Source of the DNA: Torpedo marmorata
Lineage: Eukaryota
Assembly: GCA_977017645.1 (NCBI GenBank)
Contig: OZ360238.1
Location: 39,308,001-39,372,000, forward strand
Direction of reading: 5' to 3'
Length of the DNA stretch: 64,000 nucleotides
The notes under the pieces are model-generated. The model saw only the letters and a program-made list of their open reading frames with translations, made no database searches and was not told the DNA's origin. Below, piece by piece: positions 37,081 to 50,187 of this stretch (position 1 is its first letter; every line of letters starts with the position of its first letter). Made by a program: the position numbers and the translations under genes.

Positions 37081-38680
37081 CTCCACAGCAAAATCCCACA
37101 AACAATGCTACGATGACCAAATCATCTGTACCTGTGTTTCGCCTTGCTCCCTGGAGTGTAACCTGACCATGCCAATCGATGTGTTTATGACACTGACCCA
37201 GTTACTTGGGCAGAAAGGAAGATTGGGGATCCCTGCCCTCGTCCTGACTTATGGCACCTCCCACAGAACAAGGGGAGTGGGTGGTGAATGAGCCAGTGGA
37301 AAGACCAAACTTTGACTGGACCCACTGCCCACAACATCCTCACACAGAGGCATGAAGCTCAATCTAAGCTCTCAAAAGACATCCCCATAAATTCAACTGC
37401 AAGGCACACAATGGGACAGTGGGATGGTGTTGTTCCCCAGAGGGCCCTAAATCAGCTCATTTATTACCACGAGAGGAGAATGAAGCAGCCTTAATCAGTG
37501 TATTGTTATGAAACAAAATTCTAATCCCAGTTCAAGGTACATTAGCACAAATTGTTAACAGCAGTAAGTAGCCAAGTTTAAAAGACTGCATCTGGGTCCA
37601 TGGAGTTAATCACAGTTCTTTACGTCAGCTTCTTCAGCAGACTTTCAAGGAAGCAAAATCCATTTTCACCTCAGTAAAAAATGTCATTACTTAGTGGAAA
37701 ACAAAGCACTGATTCTCTCTCCATCCAGTTTATAGCACCAAGCAATTCCTGGCCAGGTTTAATATCGATTACAAACACAACTTTAAATTGCTTCCTAGTA
37801 GCCTTAATAACATGCTGTTTAATTTTAAGTGGAAGGGGTGACAGCCCTATTTTCCACACCATCTATCCATATACTCTGTCAGAATTGGCCAGTAAAGCTA
37901 TGTCCAGCTTTTTTAAGTCATGGACTCACAGACACTGGGAATAGTGGGAGACACTCACCACTTTTAACGGCAACATGTTGTAATGTTATGAACAACACTC
38001 AGACAACTCAAAGCTGCAAAGGCTTTAAGGCAACAAATTTTAAGACGTGCCTTCATCAGAGTAAGTCTTGTGCAGCAGTGGAATTCTCTCAATTCCTCTG
38101 TCTTCGCCACATCTGCTCCCAGGATGAGGTCTTCCATCCCTGGGCATCTCAGATGTCCTCCTTCATCAAAAGACGTGGCTTCCCCTCTACTGCCAATAAC
38201 TCAACCCTCACCCTCAGAGTATGCCCCAATATTTTATTTTGAAGTTGCCCAAAGACACGTGTCATTTTCCCTTGTAAAACAATTTCTGCGTGCACTGAAG
38301 CTTCCATGCTTCCACTGAGTTGAACGAGAAAATCTGCAGATGCTGGGGGTCTAGTGCTGGAGAACCTCAGCAGGTGACGCAGCATCCATGGGAAGTAAAA
38401 GACAGTCGATGCTTCAATCCATGCTTCTATTATAGACAATAACGTTTGCTGGGGTATGTTCGGAGCCCTTCACTAAAGCAGCCCATCTCAGTGGAGACGT
38501 TGACGAGTAGTGGGACACAGATGTTTGCTCATTGGTTGAAGTGTTAGAGAGGTGAAGAGAAATATTACTGATGAAGGTCTTGAACTCATTGCCTGAAACT
38601 GTGGTGGACACGGAAACTCTTACCACATTAACAGAGTACCAGGAACCCACTACCATCAAGAAGGAGGTACAGGAGCATCC

Positions 38681-39491
38681 AAATGGCAGCGCTGCTAGAG
38701 CTGTTGTAATGGCAGCACTGCCGCTTGTGCGGACCCGGGGAGAGCGGGGAGCGGAGACACAGCGCTACCCCGCGGGGTCCTACTGCTCAGTGCTTCTGCC
38801 AACAGCTCCATAGAATCTTTAAATGGCCTGTTAAAGGAGCTGACGGTGTTTTATTTAAAATACTGCGACCGCGAGGGTCTGGGGCCAAGATGACAACGCC
38901 TCTGCTTGGCAGTGGCCTTGAGGGGTTGTAGACTCAGGGGGAGCCACAGACTGGCACAGGGCACCAGTAATGGGGAGAACACCCCCCATTGTGAAGGAGA
39001 AGCAGAGAGGACGACCCTAAGGGTGGTGACCACGGTGGCGGAGCAGTGAGGCACTCTGCAGCTGGACACACATAGGCGGCGAGCTGTTATCGACTTGCGG
39101 GAGAGGAACCCACACAGGCTGCGGGCTGCTGGAGGCAGGCTTATGAGAACCAGGTATCGGAACCGGGATCCGAGAGGATGCTGAGGGCAAGGTGGGCTCT
39201 TGAAGAGTCCTAGGTGCTGAAGGATTGCTCATCATGTCGGAGGTTTGGATATTGGCTCGGGTTGCCGATGGTTTGAACTGAACTGGAGTCTTGTGGGACT
39301 GCAGAGGCTGTGGGAGCGCTGGAGGCAAATCCATGGACACTCGGTAACTCTTGGGGACTCTCTTTTGCTTCTCTCTCTCTCTGACTGTAAGGGGCACCGG
39401 GCAATGCTAATGGCGACTCTTTGTCTGCCTTATGGCAGACTAAAGGCAATTTTGTGTAATATTACATTTCTGTTTTATTACATGACAATAA
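38681..39491 (+). mobile_element. Non-coding non-autonomous retroelement (~0.8 kb, 'family X'), apparently full length
   Basis: Colinear with the reverse complement of 61815-62631; the 3' half matches the copies at 41875 and 51895; tail has the GTCTGCC-TTAT-GGCAGAC hairpin and ACATGACAATAA. Confidence 0.8.
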
Positions 39492-39496
39492 GTAGT

Positions 39497-39624
39497 ATCT
39501 ACAAATCAGGACTGGCAGGCTGGGAAATAGCTTCTATCCTCAGGCTTTGAAATTGATAAACAGTATCGTATAACCGAGTAAATCATCCCAAAATATTAAA
39601 ATATATATTTATTTTAAATGATAT

Positions 39625-39661
<37 letters not shown>

Positions 39662-39773
39662 ATTATTATGTACTGTGTATTGTGTATGTATGTGTGTGCA
39701 CTGTGGTCCGGAGAAATGCTGTTTCATCGGGTTGTATATGTACAGTCAGAGGATAATAAACTTGAAATTGAAC
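39497..39773 (+). mobile_element. Rex1-like 3' end with internal (TA)n
   Basis: aggctgggaaatagcttctatcctcaggct...aataaacttgaaattgaac. Confidence 0.75.
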
Positions 39774-40719
39774 CACAAAACAATTGGCCAAGAGTCGAAA
39801 AGTCATAGTCAGCCAAACAGTTCCCTTTCTGGGTGGTATTGGCACCTAATGGTCTCCTCTGTACATGGTTCAGGGAAATACTAAACTTTTACGGCACAAT
39901 GATAATGAATTATAAAGTAAATTATTAGCCTTCTGATATCTATACATTAACACCTTCAATTACTAGACCGTGAGTACATTTTTCACATGGAAATCCAGGC
40001 AGTGCTAGTGGACCACTTATTTGTAGTAGGTAACACTTCCTTTTTCTCTTCAACAGAGAGAGCTGGATATCTTGCGCAACAGGCAATTATTTTCCCCTGC
40101 AGTTGTGCGCTACTAGTTCCACCACTCATTACAACCCACTTACTCCTCACAGAGGTCAGAAGTCCTTGTAGTCAGAGGGCAGGCAGTAAAGCCATCAAGC
40201 AAAACGAGGCATTTGTGACTGAGGCAACACAATCATGCCTTAAAGCAAGGTTTCCCCTGCTTGGAAACCCATTAAACATGTGCCCCCAAGGATGCTGGCA
40301 AGTCTCAGCACTGCACAGATGAAAAGATGAAAATAGATCCATTAAAACAAAGGGAGCAAAAATGATAGGGAAATACCAACTCTGCTCAAAATATAACTGC
40401 AGTGAATCAATCAAAGTTGGCTCCATCAAACCACTTACTACACCCATCTCCAGAAAAAACAAGCATATTGTCTGTAAGATAAAAATAACAGAATTTTTTA
40501 ATATAGTTTTAAAACCATCAAATAAACATTTAAAATATTCACTAAAATAAATAGAGGCATCAATAGTTCATTGAAAACTATAGGGGTGAGACCAGGTCAA
40601 ATGTGTTATTTATGGCTTTTCAAAACACCATCTGCAATGTGAATTGGGAGGATAGAGGAGATGTATGAGAACAGAGTGAGCAGCTGGGGCAATCGGGGTA
40701 CACTGACTGACTGAACACA

Positions 40720-40940
40720 CACTTCCACTCCACACACACATGGCCTCCCACACACAAAGCACAGGCATTAGTGCATTTAAACTTGTATGCTGAAGTGCAT
40801 GCTAATACGTACGCAGTCACACATGCACACGCGCACACGCAATCGCACGTGCGTGTGCACATACACACAAACACACAGACACGCACACATGCACGCACAC
40901 ACACATGCATACACACATACAAACGTGCACGCACACATAA
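40720..40940. repeat. (CA)/(CG)-rich simple repeat
   Basis: Read directly. Confidence 0.85.
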
Positions 40941-41459
40941 ATATTAGAATTTTTTTTAAATGTCACTCGACGGACTCTTTGAACAGCTGTACAGCTGGGA
41001 TTGATAACTTGCTCAATTCACAACAAACCCTGCTCTAACTGTTAGCAGAGTAATCCTGTTCTGTTTCTAATACATGGATACAGCTTCATGAAGGAGCCCT
41101 CTATTACAAGAATGGACAACTACTGTCCAAGACCAAAGCTAACATTGCAAATTGTGAGACCAGCACAGACAAGGGCTAAATATTTAGTCATTACTGGGCA
41201 GGACACTCCCATCAAGTGGCTCTCAATGATAAGGTGAATCAGTTAGGGTTTCAATCCTTGCCTGAGTTTCCAGCACAGAGTTTAAATCTCCTGTCACTCG
41301 GTTTGTGTCTCAGCCAGCCTACTGCCCGGACTTGACTGTGATGAAGGTAAGTTTTCCTCCCCTTTTCCAGCCCAAGGCTTGGGTTGGAACAGCCCTGGTT
41401 GGAAAGACCAATCTCTCGCTCTGTGTGACCCAAGAATGTTTGCCAAAACAATCTCAGAG

Positions 41460-41785
41460 GAAGCACAGCGGCTGAAAGCACCAGAGAGTTCAATCCTGAC
41501 CTCGGCTGATGTCTGTGTGGAGTTTGCACGCTCTTCCAGTGGGCTACACGAGTTTTCTGCAGGTGCTACAGTTTCTGCCCACCTCCCAAGACGTGTGGGT
41601 TGGTGGGTTAAATGGATCCTCTAAATTCTCCGTAGTGTGTGGGTGAGGGGTAGAATTTGGGGAGAGTTGATGGGAATGTGGGAAAAATAAAATGGGATAA
41701 ATGTAGAATGATTGTTTGTGAGTGGTTGGCAGTCAGCCTGAAGTCCTTGGTTCCAAGAGCCGATCTCTCCATAATTCCATGAAGG
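41460..41785 (+). mobile_element. Diverged V-SINE
   Basis: gttcaatcctgacc...tgtctgtgtggagtttgcacgctct. Confidence 0.7.
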
Positions 41786-41874
41786 AGAAGCCACTGACCT
41801 GCATCCCTGTGCCGGGATAATGCTCAGAGACTGACAAAAACTCACTGATGCCTCATTTGAGGGCTCGCTCTGTA

Positions 41875-42263
41875 TTCGAGGGACCCGCACGGGCTGTGAG
41901 CTGCTGGAGACTGGCTCATGGGAACCAGGTATCGGAGCCGGGATTCGAGAGGGTGCTGAGAGCAGGAAGGGCTCACGAAGGGCCTCAGGCACTGAAGGCT
42001 TCCTGATCGTGCTGGAGGTTTGGACCTGGAGCTCGGGTTGCCGATGAATTGAACAGGCGTCTGTGCGGCTGCAGGAGCGCGGGAGGCAAATCCACGGACA
42101 CTCTGAAGGGACTCTATTTTGCTTCTCTTTCTCCTATTGTTAGGGTTGCCGGGCTCATGGCAACTCTTTGTTTGCCTTACGGCAGAAAATAGTTAATGTA
42201 TATCATGTATGTTACATTTTTAATGTATTATTACGTGACAATAAAAGGAACCTTGAACCTTGA
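41875..42263 (+). mobile_element. Family X, 5'-truncated
   Basis: ctgctggagactggctcatgggaaccaggtatcgg...gtgacaataaaaggaaccttgaaccttgaa. Confidence 0.8.
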
Positions 42264-43354
42264 AGTCAATACCTTGGGGAGAATTAGGAGGAAACTGGAA
42301 GTCATAAACTAAAAGGTGACTGACAGTGAAATCCCTTTAATAAGGGAACAGTAATCGATCTCCTATTTTACTGATTTTCCACTGCACGTTTCCTTAAATT
42401 AAATCAAGGCTTTTGCAAAGCTCTTACTCAGTTATGTCGCTCCTTCCAAGAAAAATTATAGTCCTGACTTACTGTCCTCTATTATACACACTGCCTATTC
42501 AAGTATTCGTGTTAGACTTAACCATGAAAAAGAATGATTTAGCCCAGAAAGAGCAAGGCACTGAAATGACCGGTAAGTGGAAACAAATCAATTAGGGGCA
42601 GGATTTAGAGGTATGTCCAGAATGATAATGAACAAACTCTGAGCGCCTGCACATTCTGTCTGACTTCATCACAGCACTCTGCTCCTTAACCCTCACTCAC
42701 TGCCCCACATCCACTGCCAAGCAAGATGCCTTTTGCTGGGCTGTTCACAATCATTTGGCAGCTGGTTTGCATGGAGTTTGAATTTTAATTGCTCTGCACA
42801 GTACGCCTCAGTAGGATGATTGAAAGGACAGTGCTCAGATTTACAGATTTTCATAAGAAAGCCCTTGCACCCAGTGAGGAAGTGACAGTGCAGTGGGTGA
42901 TGGGGGCAACCCCTGCTGGGCAAATCCGCAGCTCCTGTAGTCATGATCCCCTCCCCTCCTTTCCCCCGTGCTTGATTCTGCAGTCTTAGATTTAATGCTG
43001 CCCCACCCAAGTTATTGCCCTTCACTTGCCAACCCTAACCATGCAGACATACAGGCTGTTGGAATGTGGGGGTATCACAGTCCATCCACAACAGACCTTG
43101 TAGATGGAGTTACAATGCAACAGTAAAAGCCTTGCTGTAAACCCACAATCCCAGACAGGATCATTCATCCCTCCATATAAATTGTTCCCTACACATTACC
43201 ACCTCAGTACTGAATGCTGACGATCAGTCCCAACCTGACAGTGTGACATGTGACATGAGGTTCCTGTATACCTTTTTCTGAGCAAGATCAACAGTGCATA
43301 AAACTTGTCACTTCCTGTCTATTGAAGCAAACTGCCACATCTATAGGAGAGATC

Positions 43355-44180
43355 TCACTTGGAGTATTGTGAGCAGTTTTGGGCTCCTCATTTAAGAAAG
43401 GATGTTCTGACATTGGAGAGGGTTCAGAGGAGGTTCACAAGGATGATTCTGGGAATGAAAGGGTTATCAATGAGGAATGTTTGACAGCTCTTGGCCTGTA
43501 CTTGTTGGAATTTAGGAGAATGAGGGGGGGGATCTCATTGAAGCATTTCCAATGTTGAAAGGCATGGACAAAGTCGATATAGAAAGGTTGTTTCCCATGG
43601 TAGGAGAGTCTAGGACAAGAGGCACAACTTCAGGATTGAAGGGCACCCTCTTAGAAAGGAGATGTTTAGGAATTTCTTCAGCCAGAGGGTGGTAAATCTG
43701 TGGAATTTGTTGCCGCAGGCCATTGTGGAGGCCAAGTCATTGGGTGTATTTAAGGCAGCGATTGATAGGTTCTTGATTAGCTAGGGGATCAAAGGTTATG
43801 GAGAGAAGGCCAGGCAGTGGGGCTGAGTGGGAAGACGGATCAGCTCATGATTAAATGACAGGACAGACTCGATGGGCTGAATAGCCTCTTTCTGCTCCTG
43901 TCTTATGGACTAGAATTCCAGGGTGTAGATTTAGGACAGAGATGAGTAACTGCTTTTCCCAGAGAGTAGTGAATCCTTGGAATTCTCGGCCCAAGGAAGA
44001 CTGCCTCATTAAATTTACTTAAGACACAGTTCGATTTTTGCACATTAGGGAAATTCAGGGCTATGGGGAAAAAGCAGGTAGGTGGAGTTAGGGCCAGATT
44101 AGCCATGACCTTATTGAATGGTGGAGCATGCTCGACGGGCCAAATGGTGGACTCTTGCTCCTATTTCTATGTTCTTATGC
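43355..44180 (+). mobile_element. Two tandem CR1 3' fragments
   Basis: cacttggagtattgtgagcagttttggg...gggatctcattgaa...cagagggtggtaaatctgtggaat; two CR1-type ends (about 43905 and 44180). Confidence 0.85.
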
Positions 44181-44597
44181 ACATGCTTTGAAGTAGCATT
44201 GCTTCCCATTGGCCACAGGATCACGGCAACTTTTAATGTGTTTGGTGGTGCAAGGTGTCAAGTAGGGAAAGAGACAAGAAGTGGAAGATACCACCCTGTG
44301 AATAATTCAAACTGTTTCACAACCTCCTCCCCCTGCACCTAATCTCGGAATCCAGTGCAGACAGCATGTCTCAGATATAATGAGCAAGGCTGTTATCGAA
44401 TAACATTGGGCTGGAGGGAGACTCAATGACGCTTCACTTCTGAACAACTACCACATGAAACCCCATGCTGGCCAATACTTCAGCGGAAATGTTATTCTAC
44501 AAACTACATTAAAATTGTTCCACAGCTGCATGAATTCAGAGCTTTGAGACACCAGTGGAGAGGTGATGGCCATCCTTCACAGGTGAATAAAGCCCTC

Positions 44598-45449
44598 CAG
44601 TGGTGGGTGTACAGAGCCCACAGTGGTGGGTATAGAGAGCCCACAGTGGTGGGTGTACAGAGCCCACAGTGGTGGGTGTACAGAGCCCACAGTAGAGGGT
44701 GTAGAGAACCCACAGTGGTGGGTGTAGAGAGCCCACAGTAGAGGGTGTACAGAGCCCACAGTAGAGGGTGTACAGAGCCCACAGTGGTGGGTGTAGAGAG
44801 CCCACAGTGGTGGGTGTAGAGAGCCCACAGTGGTGGGTGTACAGAGCCCACAGTGGTGGGTGTAGAGAGCCCACAGTAGAGGGTGTACAGAGCCCACAGT
44901 GGTGGGTGTAGAGAGCCCACAGTGGTGGGTATAGAGAGCCCACAGTGGTGGGTGTACAGAGCCCACAGTGGTGGGTGTAGAGAGCCCACAGTAGAGGGTG
45001 TACAGAGCCCACAGTAGAGGGTGTACAGAGCCCACAGTGGTGGGTGTACAGAGCCCACAGTAGAGGGTGTACAGAGCCCACAGTAGAGGGTGTAGAGAGC
45101 CCACAGTGGTGGGTGTAGAGAGCCCACAGTGGTGGGTGTAGAGAGCCCACAGTGGTGGGTGTAGAGAGCCCACAGTGGTGGGTGTAGAGAGCCCACAGTG
45201 GTGGGTGTAGAGAGCCCACAGTGGTGGGTGTAGAGAGCCCACAGTGGTGGGTGTAGAGAGCCCACAGTGGTGGGTGTAGAGAGCCCACAGTGGTGGGTGT
45301 AGAGAGCCCACAGTGGTGGGTGTAGAGAGCCCACAGTGGTGGGTGTAGAGAGCCCACAGTGGTGGGTGTAGAGAGCCCACAGTGGTGGGTGTAGAGAGCC
45401 CACAGTGGTGGGTGTAGAGAGCCCACAGTGGTGGGTGTAGAACATCCAC
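44598..45449. repeat. 23-bp minisatellite, about 37 copies (CACAGTGGTGGGTGTAGAGAGCC)
   Basis: Read directly; the 23-aa period in the ORF track corresponds to three units. Confidence 0.97.
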
Positions 45450-46369
45450 AGGAATATGTAGAAAAAGCTCTAGTCTTGAGAAAGGATCCTAAACCAAACA
45501 GCTGACTGTTCATTTCTCTGAGTCCTTCCAGCTCCTTTTTGTTTGCTCAAGATTTCAGAATCTGCAGTTCTTGTGTTTCTCTGAGCCACTCTCTCCTGTT
45601 GGTCTGTGGCATCATCACAATATCACAGTGAAATACTCTTACTTGGTAAAATTTAAAAAAAATAATAATAGAGGTGGAGTATTTTATTTTTCAGTACTTG
45701 TGCTTCAGATGTGCACAAGATATTATGAATGACCTGCTGACAACACATACAAAGTGTATAATGTATGGTGCTTTTAAGCACACAGGCTTATATAGGACCC
45801 ACCTCCTGCTCTCGAAGCTCTCAGTTATCCAATTAACACTGGGTCCTGAGAGCCTCAGATAATCAGAAGTCTATTGTAATTAAACAGGATTACATTGAGG
45901 AATATTAGAAGTGCCAACATTGGTTAACTCTAGAATATACATTAAACATTCATGGCCACTGCTGTTTGTCCAAACACTGTAAACGCTTCAGATGTAGCAG
46001 ATTACTGAGACAGACTATCGAAAGAGGATCAAACACAATTTACTGAGGAAGGCATTGAAAGGGCCCCAACTGGCCAATAATCCTCCTGTTATTTGCTCAT
46101 CATGAATATTATTATTTCTCCATACAGAAATCGTCATTCACTGCTCCTGCTAATTAAAAGTGGGCTCATAGCAGCAGGAAGCTTCATTTTGAATCATTTA
46201 TATATTTTATTAATGCTAACTGGAATATTTTCACAGGTGTTTAGATCTGGGTTGTGCTCTGCACTGATTTGAGACTCAAGTTGAATTGGGAGGTAAGTGG
46301 TACTGGGAGGATCTCTGAGTGAATGGACTGAGGAATGCTTGCTAGTTACTGGCTGAGGAGGGGGTGTTC

Positions 46370-46910
46370 GATGTATGCTGGAGGGTTGGTGAGTGAGGGG
46401 GATTGTGGAATGGGTGCTGGAGTGTCAGAGTGAGGGGGATTGTGGGATGGGTGCTGGAGGGTCAGAGTGAGGGGGATTGTGGGATGAATGCTGGAGGGCC
46501 AGTGAGTGAGGGGGATTGTGGGATGGGTTCTGGAGGGTCAGATTGAGGGGGATTGTGAGATGAGTGCTGGAGGGTCAGTGAGTGAGGGGGATTGTGGGAT
46601 GGGTGGTGGAAGGTCAGTGAGTGAGGGGGATTGTGGGATGGGTGCTAGAGCGTCAGAGTGAGGGGGATTGTGGGATGGGTGGTGGAAGGTCAGTGAGTAA
46701 GGGGGATTGTGGGATGGGTGCTAGAGCGTCAGAGTGAGGGGGATTGTGGGATGTGTATCGGTGGGTCAGTGAGTGAGGGGGATTGAGGGCTGGAGGGTCA
46801 GTGAGTGAGGGGGGACTTTGGGATGGGTGCTGGTGGGCCAGTCAGTGAGGAGACTGTGGGATGGGTGCTGGTGGGTCAGTCAGTGAGGGGGACTGTGGGA
46901 TGGGTGCTGA
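46370..46910. repeat. G-rich ~37-41-bp minisatellite, about 14 copies
   Basis: (GTGAGGGGGATTGTGGGATGGGTGCTGGAGGGTCA[GT]GA)n. Confidence 0.92.
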
Positions 46911-48337
46911 GGATTGCTGAGGGCAGGGTTGTGTGTTGGAATCGCTCTCAGCAAGCCAGTAACTTATGAGACAGAGAAAGTCTGTATCTTTTCCATGGTC
47001 CTCAGATAGTCTGCTGTGAGAACAAACCAAACTCTGATACTGGATGACTTGACAAATTCTGGAATGTCTCTCTCATTTTTACAATTTGTTCACTCGGTAA
47101 CAAACCAAATCCAACTTTACCCCTCAATGGCATTTTGTGTGGTATTGAAAATGACGGGCCACCCTTGGTAAAACAGATGACCAGTATATAGTGTTAGCGA
47201 GAGCTAAGAGCTGGAGTTGGTCATCTGGTCTTCCTGTTGAAACTGGAAGAAGGTCCTTCCTCCCCACACCCAGTCTTCTCCCTGCAGCTGAAATAACAAG
47301 CTTTGAAAAGTTATTTGTTTGGTTATCTGTGACACTTCACAAAGCTGACCTCAATCGGGCCAAGGAGCCATTTTTCAAAGTGGGTGGTTTGCACACACTG
47401 CTGGATGTAAGAGGTGGTACCTCAGCAAGTATGTACAAGGTACGTGGTGATTCCAGTCGCTTGCACCTTACTGGAGGCCTGAGCAAACTTCCTTCTGCTC
47501 CTTGGGGGCAGGAACTCGAAATGATGGAGGAGGTCAAACTCCTGCAGAAGGTTTGGCACTATTTTGAGCAGCTAGAAAGCTCTCCATGGAATAAATACCT
47601 CTCGATCAAGATCGTTAAATAAAAGTTTGTTGATTTTCACCATTCTGTTTGAGGGAACTTGCTGTGTGTAAATTGGTGAAGAAATTTAGGGAGGAAATTC
47701 CAAGGCTTCAGGACTACTCTGGTTGCACTGCCAGTAATGAAGGAAATCAGAGGACAGAGATCTCTAACATTACACAATACATCAAGTCACATATATCATT
47801 TACATGCTCTCTATACAAACAGGTGATGTTTCAACTCGTGAGACAAATAGTTCTCATGACCAATCGTTCAACTCTGACCAAGCAATTAAAATGTCAGTCA
47901 TTATTTATCCAAAAGTACTTTGCATAGAAGTTATGCAAGATCAATTCAAATTGTCAGCTACATTCTCGTTCAATAGCAACATCAACAGAGAAAATTAACT
48001 TTAGCCAGTGTACCAGTATTGGTAATGCTCTGGGACTGAGGGATTATACTGTGCAATACTTTAACGGGATAAAGACCACGATTCTAGTTTTGAATCAATT
48101 TGAAGCTCCAGTGTACTGACAAGTACTTATCATGAGCTAATATCAATGCAGAACAGGTTATCTTGTCACACATCTCATTGCATTTTGAGGGAGGTTGCAG
48201 TGCACAAATTAACTGTCATCTTTCCATAATTACAATAATGACCATAAAGTACTTCGCTGATTGTGCATTCCTTTACAACCTCTTGAGTTGACTGACAGGT
48301 GTCATTTAAATAAGGGCCTTGCCCAGCCTAACATGAC

Positions 48338-48415
48338 AGCATATTACCCTGACATGCAGTGTATTACCCTGCCATGCATAGGGTATAACCCTGCCACACA
48401 CAGCGTATTACCCTG
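48338..48415. repeat. ~21-bp tandem repeat, four copies
   Basis: Recurring tattaccctg(a/c)catgca. Confidence 0.75.
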
Positions 48416-48624
48416 CTGCTTTGGAGGAGGACACAATTAACTACTGAGTCCCTTTATACACACAGTTTGTATGGTACTAGGACCTATCTGGAACCCCCGC
48501 ACCATCCCATGTGAACCACAGTGCTGTCAGCCACTAAATTCATCAGTTCAAAATCCTCTCACTAACAATGACCCAAAACCACTGGCATGTCACCTGAGCT
48601 GTATATATATCACTGTTATTTAAC

Positions 48625-48853
48625 GGTAAAGGTTCCATTATTGTCACATAATACTACATTTAGAATGTAACATACATGAAATTCTTTAATTTTTGTCTAC
48701 TGTAAGGCAGACAGAGAGTCGCTACTTTGTCCAGCGCCCCTCACAGAAACCTACAGCACCTGGTGTTCCTAGGCGGTCTCCCCTCCAAGTACTGACCAGT
48801 CCTGTGCCTGCTTAGCTTCCAAGACCAGACAATCCCAGTCGTATTCAGGCTAT
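48625..48853 (-). mobile_element. 5S rRNA-derived SINE (SINE3 type)
   Basis: Minus strand 48853-48747 reads cctgaatacg...ggaagctaagcagg...ctggtcagtacttggaggggagaccgcctaggaacaccaggtgctgtaggttt, matching 5S rRNA including the A and C boxes. It is followed by about 120 bp of non-5S tail also seen at 2138-2203. Confidence 0.88.
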
Positions 48854-48979
48854 TTCTCTTTATCCACAACCTCAGTCCAAAAGGTTAACAATGAATGTTT
48901 TCCACAGATCAAGTGCGGATCATATCAACATTAGATGACCCTGGTGAACAACATGACCACAGCATGACCCTGAGAACAT

Positions 48980-49835
48980 TTAAATTAGGGGCATGAGTAA
49001 GCCACTTTGGCCCTTGAGACTGATCAACCATTCAATAAGATCATGATTGATCTGAAAGGAACTTCAGCTCTGCATTCCAGTCCACCAATGGTAATATTTC
49101 AGCCCCTTTCTTATCAAATATCCACCAGACTCTGCCTTAACAATTACCCAAAAATTCACCTCATGTGTCTTTACTTTTAAACAATGGTCTGAGTTCTGAA
49201 CTCTCAAACGAGAATGATTTTCACATGTACCGTTAAACACTTCAGAAACATTTTTGAAGTCTATCGAACCTTTCTCCCATGCCAGGGGTATCATTAAACA
49301 AGAAAGCAGAGATGACAGGAAGGAGCTTTAAAGGGACATGAGAGTCACGGAGCGTGGAACCAGGCCCTTCGGCCCAACTTGTCCATGCCGACCAAAATGT
49401 CTCGCCCACACTGGTCCCACCTGCTTGCGTTTGGCCCATATCCCTCTAAACCCATCCCATCCATGTATCTGTCCAATTTCTTTCTTAAATGCTACCAAGC
49501 ATTTGAACCTAGCAAATAGTACCTACCTCAACCATCTCCTCCCCCAGCCATTCCTTGCACCCACCACTCTCTGTGTAAAAAAGTTACACCTCGGGTTCCT
49601 GTTAAATCTCTCCCCCTCACAGGGGTATTTTTTTATTTATAAACAAAGCACGGATGATAATCTGGAATGTGTTGCCACAGGATGTGGTAGAACCAGATAG
49701 AATTACTACATTTAAGAGACATTGCAAGGGGCAAGGCATTGAAGGATGGAGCCTGATTGTGGGAAAATGGGCAAAAAGATTGGCATGGATGGGGTGGACA
49801 GAAGGGAATGTCCTTGTGCTCTACGACTATGGCTC
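48980..49835. mobile_element. Cluster of CR1 3' fragments on both strands
   Basis: caggcccttcggccc...ccaccactctctgtgtaaaaaagtt (minus) and tggaatgtgttgccacaggatgtggtaga (plus). Confidence 0.65.
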
Positions 49836-50187
49836 AATGGACAAAGAAGAGCAGTGTGGTCTTGCGTAGTTAGTGCTGCTGCTTCAAAGCTCCAGGGATC
49901 TGAGTTCAGTCCTGACCTTGGCCGTTCCCTGCGTGGCGACTGCACATTCTCTCCCCACAGACCATGGTTAACTGGCAATTGTAAATGGGCTGTGGGTCCA
50001 GGTAAGTGGTGAAACTAATCAAAGGGGGACTAATGGGCATAAATGAGAGAGGATGTGGTGGGGTGCAGGGAAAGTAAGGAGGGGGATCCAATGGATTGCA
50101 ATAAGAAATAAGGAGCACTTTTGTGATAAGACAATGACAATGTTTAAAAGATATTTAGACAGGTACGTGGATAGGAAGGGGGTGAAT

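Noticed and set aside
44504-45513. Three overlapping ~300-aa ORFs
   Set aside because: Artefact of a 23-bp minisatellite that lacks stops on the minus strand. It is not a CRISPR array either, since there are no unique spacers.
47191-47622. 143-aa ORF in unique sequence
   Set aside because: No recognisable homology, non-ATG start and no convincing splice structure.
48747-48853. Functional 5S rRNA gene
   Set aside because: The 5' end is missing or diverged, it is a single copy, and it is fused to a retroposon tail.
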